From Candidatus Nanopelagicales bacterium (GTDB lineage: Bacteria; Actinomycetota; Actinomycetes; S36-B12), in contig JAURME010000073.1 in the NCBI GenBank assembly GCA_030830865.1, positions 5,427-69,426 on the forward strand: 64,000 nt of DNA, in the 5' to 3' direction. This document shows positions 57,311-64,000 of this stretch, piece by piece (position 1 is the first letter of the stretch; each line of letters starts with the position of its first letter). The notes below the pieces were generated by a model. The model saw nothing but the letters and a program-made list of their open reading frames with translations, was not told where the DNA came from and ran no database searches. Made by a program: the position numbers and the translations under genes.

Positions 57311-58936
57311 TCAGCCCGCAGATGAGGCGCTGAGACCGGCCAGGCGGCCGAACACGAGAATCGGCCCCAGGGTGCCGCCGGCACCGCCGTAGGCCATGGC
57401 TGTCGGTGCAGCCGCGACATTGCCTGCCGCGAAGAGCCCCGCGATGGGAGCCCCGTCGTGGTCCAGGACCCGGCCCTGCGGGTCGGTCCGCGGACCCCCG
57501 CTGGTGCCGAGCGTCCCGGACTCAATCTCGACGGCATAGAAGGGCCCGGTGTCGATGCGCCCCATCGTCGAGGCCTTCAGGAAGCGGAAGTCTCCGTCGC
57601 CGCTCCAGCGGTCGTAGGCGCTGTCGCCGCGATGGAAGTCCTCGTCCTGCTCGGCGTCGACGAATCCGTTCCAGCGCGCCACGGTCTGTTCGAGTCCCTG
57701 GGTATCGATTCCGCAGGTGTTCGCGAGGTCGGCCAGCGTCGGGGCACTCGTCACCCACTCAGGAATGGGGGTTCCGGCCGGAGCGCCGAAGGTTCCGTAC
57801 TTCTGCGCGTGTGTCTGATCAAAGATGAGCCACGCGGGCAGGTTGGCGTAGGTGAAGGTCAGCGGGTCCAGTTGGTGGAAGGCGCCTCCGAGCGCGTTGT
57901 AGTTGGTGGCCTCGTCGGTGAACCGACGACCGGCTCGGTTGACCATGATCGAGCCGGGGAGGGTCCGCTCGCGGTTGACGAGGTTCGAGCGGACCGCCCC
58001 GAATGCCTCGTCGCCGGGGATCTTCACGGCCGGGACCCACCACGCCTGGCCCATGTTGCCCAGCTGCGCACCGATCGACATCGCCATGCGCAGGCCATCG
58101 CCGGTGTTCGTCGGTATGGACGTGGGAGCGGTCATCGGCCCGCGGAGGAAGGCGGCCACAAGGTCGGCATCCCACTCGAAGCCGCCGGTGGCGAGAACGA
58201 CACCGCGTGACGCGCGCACCTCGTGCGCCTCTCCATCGACCTCGACCCGGACACCGGCCACTCGGTCGTCCTCCAGCAGCAGGTCGGTGGCGCGGGCGTT
58301 GACCACCGGCTCTACACCGAGGTCGAGCAGGGCCTTGATGATCGGGCCGACGAGGGCATTGCCGCAGCCGCGCAGGTCCTCGTCGATGCGCCGCTGCATC
58401 TCCTCCTCCGACAGGTAGCCGGTGCCGCCGCCGAGCGTGGTGTCGGTGATCTTCAGGTGCGCACTCCGGCGGCTGCGAGCCACCTTGTCCTGCCAGTCAC
58501 CGAGCGAGGAGTAGCGGAACAGGCCGGGGTCGAGTGAACGTCCGCCGTCGGGCTTGCCGCCCGGATTCTCCGGGTGGTAGTCGGGGTAGTGGGGGAGGAT
58601 CGTGAACTTCGCCTCGGTCGTGTCCTCAAGCCACTGGATCGTTGCGCGCCCGTTGTCGACGAAGGTCTCGGCCATCCGTGGGTCCATCCGACCGAGGGAC
58701 AGGGATGCGAGGTACGCCAACGCCTCCTCGCGTGAATCCGGAATGCCCTGCTCGTCCTGATGGTGGTTGAGAGGGATCCACGGGACTCCGCCGGAGATGG
58801 CGCTCGATCCGCCGAGCACGTCCCCCTTCTCGAGCAGGGTCACGGAGACGCCGGTCTGGGCGGCAGCGAGGGCGGCGGTCAGGCCAGCGGCCCCACTGCC
58901 GAGGACGATCACGTCGGCATCGAAACCGGAAGGCAT
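57311..58936 (-). CDS. KstD-like FAD-binding dehydrogenase (3-oxosteroid 1-dehydrogenase family)
   Basis: DVIVLGSGAAGLTAALAAAQTGVSVTLLEKGDVLGGSSAISGG...GLFAAGNVAA. 541 aa. Confidence 0.8.
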   Translation of the reverse strand: MPSGFDADVIVLGSGAAGLTAALAAAQTGVSVTLLEKGDVLGGSSAISGGVPWIPLNHHQDEQGIPDSREEALAYLASLSLGRMDPRMAETFVDNGRATIQWLEDTTEAKFTILPHYPDYHPENPGGKPDGGRSLDPGLFRYSSLGDWQDKVARSRRSAHLKITDTTLGGGTGYLSEEEMQRRIDEDLRGCGNALVGPIIKALLDLGVEPVVNARATDLLLEDDRVAGVRVEVDGEAHEVRASRGVVLATGGFEWDADLVAAFLRGPMTAPTSIPTNTGDGLRMAMSIGAQLGNMGQAWWVPAVKIPGDEAFGAVRSNLVNRERTLPGSIMVNRAGRRFTDEATNYNALGGAFHQLDPLTFTYANLPAWLIFDQTHAQKYGTFGAPAGTPIPEWVTSAPTLADLANTCGIDTQGLEQTVARWNGFVDAEQDEDFHRGDSAYDRWSGDGDFRFLKASTMGRIDTGPFYAVEIESGTLGTSGGPRTDPQGRVLDHDGAPIAGLFAAGNVAAAPTAMAYGGAGGTLGPILVFGRLAGLSASSAG

Positions 58937-58944
58937 GTCAAGAA

Positions 58945-58956
58945 TCTAGCGTTAGA
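58945..58956. promoter_or_regulatory. Imperfect palindrome TCTAGCGTTAGA in the divergent KstD-like/enoyl-CoA hydratase intergenic region
   Basis: 10 of 12 positions are self-complementary. Lies in a 55-nt divergent spacer. Confidence 0.25.
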
Positions 58957-58991
58957 GTGGCGACGGCCTGACAGGACCATGGAAGGGATTC

Positions 58992-59762
58992 GTGATGGCA
59001 ATCGAGGGACTGCTCGTGGAGCGGCAGGGGGGAGTCCTTCGCATCACCTTCGATCGGCCCGACCGCCTCAACGCCCTGACGGCGCCGTTGGTCGATGCAG
59101 CGACGGAGCAGGTGCTGGTGGCGGCGGACGACGGTACGCGGGTGATCCTCCTGACCGGCTCCGGTCGGGCCTTCAGCGCCGGCGCTGATGTGGGCCCCGA
59201 TGGTGCGGCCCCCGGGCTGGACACCCTCGACGCGGCCAACCGTTTCACCATGGCTCTCACGACGTCCCCGCTTCCGGTCGTTGCCGCCGTGAACGGTGTG
59301 GCCGCCGGTGTGGGCTGCTCCTTCGCCCTCGCTGCGGACATCACTGTCGCGAAGGAGTCGGCCTCCTTCATGCTCGCGTTCACCAAGATCGGCCTGATGC
59401 CCGACGGCGGCGCATCACTCCTCGTGCCGGCAGCGGTGGGCCGGGCCCGTGCGGCCCGCATGGCCCTGCTGGCCGAGAAGGTGCCCGCTCCCCGGGCTGC
59501 TGAGTGGGGTCTCATCGCCGATGTGGTCCCCGACGACGACTTCGACGCCTATATCGAGGGCCTTGTCGGACAGTTGGCGGCGGGTGCCCCGCGAGCCCTG
59601 GCCGCGACGAAGGCCATCATCAACGCCGCCACGATCGACGCCCTGCCGAACATCCTCGCCGCCGAGCGCGCCGGGCAGGGCCCCCTGCTGGAGTCCGAGG
59701 ACTTCGCCGAGGGCGTGACCGCCTTCCAGGAAAAGCGCGCGGCTCAGTTCACCGGCCGCTGA
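58992..59762 (+). CDS. Enoyl-CoA hydratase/isomerase (crotonase) family protein
   Basis: ITFDRPDRLNAL...LTGSGRAFSAGADV...AAVNGVAAGVGCSFALAADI. Confidence 0.85.
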   Translation: MMAIEGLLVERQGGVLRITFDRPDRLNALTAPLVDAATEQVLVAADDGTRVILLTGSGRAFSAGADVGPDGAAPGLDTLDAANRFTMALTTSPLPVVAAVNGVAAGVGCSFALAADITVAKESASFMLAFTKIGLMPDGGASLLVPAAVGRARAARMALLAEKVPAPRAAEWGLIADVVPDDDFDAYIEGLVGQLAAGAPRALAATKAIINAATIDALPNILAAERAGQGPLLESEDFAEGVTAFQEKRAAQFTGR

Positions 59763-59878
59763 GGAGCACCCGCCGGTTTGCCCAATTACCGGGCGGATTC
59801 GTGGATGTCCTACTAATCTCGGGACACTGACGCCCGGTGATGTCCTCCGGGCCCCCAACAGAATGAAGGAGCACCACC

Positions 59879-60661
59879 ATGGGCCAGTTGGACGGCAGGG
59901 TCGCGGTCATCACCGCCAGCACCCGCAGCATCGGTCGCGGCATCGCCGAGGCCTTCCACGCCGAGGGCGCCAGCGTCGTCCTCAGCGGACGCAACGCAGA
60001 GAAGGGCCAGAAGGCCATCGAGGAGATGGGCGGCGGAGACCGCCTCCACTTCATCGCGGCGAACGCCTCCAAGCAGGCAGACGTTGAGGCACTCGTCGAC
60101 GGTACTGTGGAGAAGTTCGGCCGAGTCGACATCGTCGTACCCAATGCCGGTGGCGTCGCCAACACCGCACCTGTCGCCATGATGAGCGACGAGGAGTGGC
60201 AGTACGAGCTCGACTTCAACATCAACCAGACCTTCTGGATGGCCCGTCGGGCGCTGAAGTACATGGTGCCGCAGCAGTTCGGCCGCATCATCGGCATGAG
60301 CTCGATGTACGGCAAGATCACCACGATGGCCGTCCCCGGCTACATCACCAACAAGCACGCCATCATCGGCTTCTGCAAGGCGCTGGCCAAGGAGGTCGGG
60401 CAGTCCGGTATCACCGCCAACGCCGTCTGCCCCGGTTTCGTCCCCACCGACATGTTCTACGAGACGGGGCCGGCCACCGTCGAGGCCATGGGTCTGCCGG
60501 ATCTCGATGCCCTCGCGGCGGTCATGTACTCCGTGACGGCGCTGCAGCGCCCCAACACCGTCGAGGAGGTCGCGGCCGCGTGCGTGCTGCTCGCCTCCGA
60601 TCTGGGTGGCGGCATCACCGGTACGACCATCAACGTGGATGCGGGCGCCTCGCCGTACTAG
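59879..60661 (+). CDS. SDR family oxidoreductase
   Basis: VAVITASTRSIGRGIA, NAGG, Y...K (YITNKHA) motifs. Confidence 0.85.
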   Translation: MGQLDGRVAVITASTRSIGRGIAEAFHAEGASVVLSGRNAEKGQKAIEEMGGGDRLHFIAANASKQADVEALVDGTVEKFGRVDIVVPNAGGVANTAPVAMMSDEEWQYELDFNINQTFWMARRALKYMVPQQFGRIIGMSSMYGKITTMAVPGYITNKHAIIGFCKALAKEVGQSGITANAVCPGFVPTDMFYETGPATVEAMGLPDLDALAAVMYSVTALQRPNTVEEVAAACVLLASDLGGGITGTTINVDAGASPY

Positions 60662-60707
60662 GCCTCACCCTCACGGGCACCAGCACTCACAACTGAAGGG
60701 CAAGGCG

Positions 60708-61496
60708 TTGTCCCATCTCGGAAACCTGGATCAGTGGTTCGACGGCCGCTCAGCGATCGTCACCGGAGGTGCAGGAGGGATGGGACGCGCCATCGCTCTG
60801 GCCTTCTCCGCCGCCGGCTCTCGCGTCGTCGTCAGTGACGTCGCGGAGGCCGGCGGCCAGGAGACGGTCGACCTCATCCGCGCCGCCGGTGGTGAGGCCC
60901 AGTTCATCCGCACCGACGTCTCCAAGGATGCCGACGTGCGCGCGATGGTCGACCTCGCCGTCTCCTCATACGACGGCCTCGACTTTGCCGTCAACGCCGC
61001 TGCGATCGAGTTCGAGCTCGACTACCTCGCCGACCTCGCCGAGAGCGACTGGGACCGCATGATCGAGGTCAACCTGAAGTCGATCTTCCTGTGCATGAAG
61101 CACGAGATCAATGCGATGCTTGGCACCGACCGCGAGGGGTCGGCCATCGTCAATATCGCTTCGACGAACTCCTACCGGCCGCAGCCGCACCAGTCGGCCT
61201 ACACCGCCAGCAAGTTCGGAGTCCTCGGTGTGACCAAGTCCGCTGCCGTCGACTATGCACCCCGTGGCATCCGCATCAACGCAATCTGCCCGGGATCCAT
61301 CGACACCCCGATGCTCCGCGGCGCGATCGAGAAGCGTGGCCGCGACCCGCAGGAGGTCGCAGACCGGCTGTCCCTGATCGGTCGGTTCGGCACGGTCGAC
61401 GAGATCGCTGCAGCAGCCCTGTGGCTGTGCTCAGGCGCAGCCGGCTTCACCATCGGCCACGCCCTGGCCGTCGACGGCGGCTACCTGTCCCGATGA
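60708..61496 (+). CDS. SDR family oxidoreductase
   Basis: AIVTGGAGGMGRAIA, NAAI, YTASKFG motifs. TTG 60708 is preceded by GAAGGGCAAGG. Confidence 0.8.
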   Translation: MSHLGNLDQWFDGRSAIVTGGAGGMGRAIALAFSAAGSRVVVSDVAEAGGQETVDLIRAAGGEAQFIRTDVSKDADVRAMVDLAVSSYDGLDFAVNAAAIEFELDYLADLAESDWDRMIEVNLKSIFLCMKHEINAMLGTDREGSAIVNIASTNSYRPQPHQSAYTASKFGVLGVTKSAAVDYAPRGIRINAICPGSIDTPMLRGAIEKRGRDPQEVADRLSLIGRFGTVDEIAAAALWLCSGAAGFTIGHALAVDGGYLSR

Positions 61497-61668
61497 CGGG
61501 GTCAGCCGCCTACGACGTCGTCGTCCTCGGTACCGATGCCGCAGGGCTCACTGCTGCGGTTCGCGCGGCGTCGAGGAGGCCCTGCAGATGGAGTTCGGGA
61601 TCTCGTCGTACCTCATGTTCGCCCCCGACGGCCTCGAGGGCGTGCGCGCCCTGATCATCGACAAGTGA
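61493..61668 (+). pseudogene. Chimeric gene remnant: N-terminus of a KstD-like flavoprotein fused out of frame to the C-terminus of a crotonase/HIBCH-like protein
   Basis: Frame 1 gives MTGSAAYDVVVLGTDAAGLTAAVRAA (dinucleotide fold) then nonsense. Another frame gives ...EEALQMEFGISSYLMFAPDGLEGVRALIIDK* (61666-61668 TGA). Confidence 0.7.
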
Positions 61669-61693
61669 CCACTCGCGTGGGGTGGGAGTTCGC

Positions 61694-62539
61694 TCAGGAG
61701 TAGTCGTAGAAGCCGCGGCCGGACTTGCGGCCGAACATGCCCGCCTCGACGTGCCGCTTCAGCAGCGCCGGGGGAGCGAACCGGTGCTCGAGGTGCTCGG
61801 CATACAGGCTCTCCGACACCAGCAGCATGGTGTCCAGCCCGATCATGTCGCACAGCGTCAGCGGACCCATCGGCATACCGCAGCCGCTGACCATGCCCTC
61901 GTCGATGTCCTCCTTCGACGCGACACCGTTCTCCAGAGACCGGATCGCGTCGAGCAGATAGGGCACCAGGATGGCGTTGACGACGAAGCCCGACCGGTCC
62001 TTGGCCCGGATGACCTTCTTGCCCAGCACATCGGCGCAGAACTCGGCCGTGCGATCGGCCACGGACGGATCGGTCTGGATCGCCGAGACGACCTCGACCA
62101 GCGGCATCACCGGCACGGGGTTGAAGTAGTGCGTTCCGAGGACTCGTCCCGGGATGCGGCTCGCCGCCGCCAGCTGGGCGATCGGGATGGACGACGTGTT
62201 GCTGGCGATGATGGCGTCGTCGGAGAGGATGTCGTCGAGCCTCCCGATGAGCTCGACCTTGTCGTCGAGGGATTCGCGGATGACCTCGGTGACGAACTCC
62301 CGATCCGCGAGGTCGGCGAGGTCTGAGCTCCAGCGAATGCGCGCCAGGATGTTGGCCGCAGGCTCGCCGAGCTTGCCCTTCTCCTCCGCCTTGGCGAGGG
62401 ATGCGGCCATGCGGGCCTGTGCCTTCTCCAGCGCCTCGGGGAACATGTCGACGACGACCACGTCGCAGCCCCCCTTGGCGCCGATCTCCGCGACACCTGC
62501 GCCCATGACGCCGCAGCCGACGACACCCATGCGATTCAT
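61694..62539 (-). CDS. 3-hydroxyacyl-CoA (3-hydroxybutyryl-CoA) dehydrogenase
   Basis: MGVVGCGVMGAGVA...ASNTSS...HYFNPVPVM...DRSGFVVNA...GPLTLCDMIGLD. Start at MNRMG. Confidence 0.88.
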   Translation of the reverse strand: MNRMGVVGCGVMGAGVAEIGAKGGCDVVVVDMFPEALEKAQARMAASLAKAEEKGKLGEPAANILARIRWSSDLADLADREFVTEVIRESLDDKVELIGRLDDILSDDAIIASNTSSIPIAQLAAASRIPGRVLGTHYFNPVPVMPLVEVVSAIQTDPSVADRTAEFCADVLGKKVIRAKDRSGFVVNAILVPYLLDAIRSLENGVASKEDIDEGMVSGCGMPMGPLTLCDMIGLDTMLLVSESLYAEHLEHRFAPPALLKRHVEAGMFGRKSGRGFYDYS

Positions 62540-62600
62540 GCTGTGATCTCTTCCGTGTGATGACATGCGCGTCCAGGTCGAGCGCGCGAGCAGAGGATGT

Positions 62601-63107
62601 CTAGAAGTCGCCGGCATTTGCGCGCAGGGCGCGAAGGACCGTGCGCAGCTGGCCGATCTGGTGCTCGGTGATGCCGAGCTGCTCGAAGACCTGGCCATTG
62701 AGGGCCGCCGTCGCGGCGAGGGCGCGCTGTCGACCAGCCTCGGTGATCGACGCCAGCACGGCTCGACGGTCGGTGGGGTGCGGGAGTCGCTCGACGAAGC
62801 CCTGGCTCTCCAGCCGGTCGACCGCGCTCGTGACGCTGGTGGGATGCACCTGCAGCAGGGCGCCCATCTTGGTCATCGGCAGGGACCCGGACCGCGTGAA
62901 GGAGAGCAGGGTCAGGATCTCGTACCGGGCGAAGGTCAGGTCCAGGGGACGCAGCACGGTGTCGATGCGCTGCAGGACGATCTGCTGGGCGCGGACGATC
63001 GACGTGACCGCAGCCATACCGTCGGCGGCATCCTCCCAGCCGTGGGTGATCCACTGACGACGTGCCTCCTCGATGGGGTCGCTGTCGAGCGTCCGGCCGA
63101 TCGTCAC
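62601..63107 (-). CDS. MarR family transcriptional regulator
   Basis: LTFARYEILTLL...MTKMGALLQVHPTSVTSAVDRLESQGFVERLPHPTDRR winged helix. Confidence 0.88.
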   Translation of the reverse strand: MTIGRTLDSDPIEEARRQWITHGWEDAADGMAAVTSIVRAQQIVLQRIDTVLRPLDLTFARYEILTLLSFTRSGSLPMTKMGALLQVHPTSVTSAVDRLESQGFVERLPHPTDRRAVLASITEAGRQRALAATAALNGQVFEQLGITEHQIGQLRTVLRALRANAGDF

Positions 63108-63137
63108 GGTGGTGTTCCTCCCCGGGCATCTATGGCG

Positions 63138-64000
63138 TCACACGTTGCGTCGGTACTGCCCGCCGACCTCGAAGAAGGCCGACGTGATCTGACCCAACGA
63201 GCATACTCGGACAGCCGTCATTAGGGAGGCAAAAGTGTTGCCTCCCGATGATGCGACGTCCTTCAGTTCCGCCAGGGCAGCCTCGGCCTCATCCCGGTGC
63301 TCTTCGCAGAAGGCCTCGAGGCGTGCGACCTGCGACTGCTTCTCCTCCTCGGTGGCCCGGGCCAGCTCCAGCTCGGTCACGGTGGGGTCCGGATCGGGGT
63401 TCAGGAAGGTGTTCACGCCGATGATCGGCAGGGATCCGTCGTGCTTCTTGTGCTCGTAGAGCATGGACTCGTCCTGGATGCGACCACGCTGATAGCCGGT
63501 CTCCATGGCACCGAGCACGCCGCCGCGGTCGGAGATGCGGTCGAACTCCACGAGGACCGCCTCCTCGACGAGGTCGGTGAGCTCATCGACGATGTACGAG
63601 CCCTGGAGCGGGTTCTCATTCTTCGACAGGCCCCACTCCTGGTCGATGATCATCTGGATCGCCAGAGCGCGGCGCACGGACTGGGCGCTCGGGGTGGTCA
63701 CGGCCTCGTCGTACGCGTTGGTGTGCAGGGAGTTGCAGTTGTCGTTGATCGCGCACAGGGCCTGGAGCGTTGTACGGATGTCATTGAAGTCCATCTCCTG
63801 AGCATGAAGTGACCGGCCCGAGGTCTGGATGTGGTACTTCAGCTTCTGGCTGCGGTCGTTGGCGCCGTAGCGCTCCTTCATCGCGATGGCCCAGATGCGA
63901 CGGGCCACCCGACCGAGCACTGTGTACTCGGCGTCTATGCCGTTGGAGAAGAAGAAGGAGAAGTTCGGTGCGAAGTCGTCGACCTTCATGCCACGGGCGA
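63138..64000 (-). CDS. icmF: Fused isobutyryl-CoA mutase (IcmF)-type B12-dependent acyl-CoA mutase, C-terminal part; continues beyond the window
   Basis: Mutase barrel end ([21 protein letters not shown]...[13 protein letters not shown]...[10 protein letters not shown]) and ...[12 protein letters not shown] terminus. Frame stays open upstream of the track's M at 63989 (..ARGMKVDDF). Confidence 0.8.
   Translation of the reverse strand, partial: ARGMKVDDFAPNFSFFFSNGIDAEYTVLGRVARRIWAIAMKERYGANDRSQKLKYHIQTSGRSLHAQEMDFNDIRTTLQALCAINDNCNSLHTNAYDEAVTTPSAQSVRRALAIQMIIDQEWGLSKNENPLQGSYIVDELTDLVEEAVLVEFDRISDRGGVLGAMETGYQRGRIQDESMLYEHKKHDGSLPIIGVNTFLNPDPDPTVTELELARATEEEKQSQVARLEAFCEEHRDEAEAALAELKDVASSGGNTFASLMTAVRVCSLGQITSAFFEVGGQYRRNV

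Overview
High-G+C (about two-thirds G+C by spot hand counts) chromosomal segment of an Actinomycetota genome. It is mycothiol-type: mshB is present. From memory, gene order follows the conserved actinobacterial backbone seen in M. tuberculosis around Rv1086-Rv1232: Z-prenyl synthase, phoH2, fumarase, glpX, xseBA, ispH, ychF, then typA, mshB, fdxA-dapC, gltA, dapD/dapE, LOG, DUF3117, O-methyltransferase, htrA-tatB, mrp. I call about 70 protein-coding genes, one gene remnant, and a few hairpins and palindromes. I found no rRNA, tRNA, CRISPR array, transposase or integrase. The backbone is interrupted by accessory insertions:
- a BrnT/BrnA-like toxin-antitoxin pair plus a His/Cys-rich orphan (3.3-4.3 kb);
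- an amylosucrase carrying a 2 x 34-bp tandem duplication of its 3' end (11.4-13.3 kb);
- a lower-G+C islet with a secreted clan GH-A glycosidase and a caddie-less secreted tyrosinase (21.1-24.2 kb);
- a roughly 15-kb enzyme-dense block (48.1-63.1 kb).

The most unusual content is in that last block. A tight seven-gene unit runs EamA exporter, HAD phosphatase, VOC, swivel-histidine protein, VOC, VOC, DUF3237. The swivel-histidine (PEP-utilising/rifampin-phosphotransferase-like) protein lacks any ATP-grasp domain. It is followed by two SnoaL/NTF2 + FAD-flavoprotein pairs, SDRs, beta-oxidation enzymes, and a chimeric deletion scar. All family assignments come from motif recognition by eye. No database search was run.
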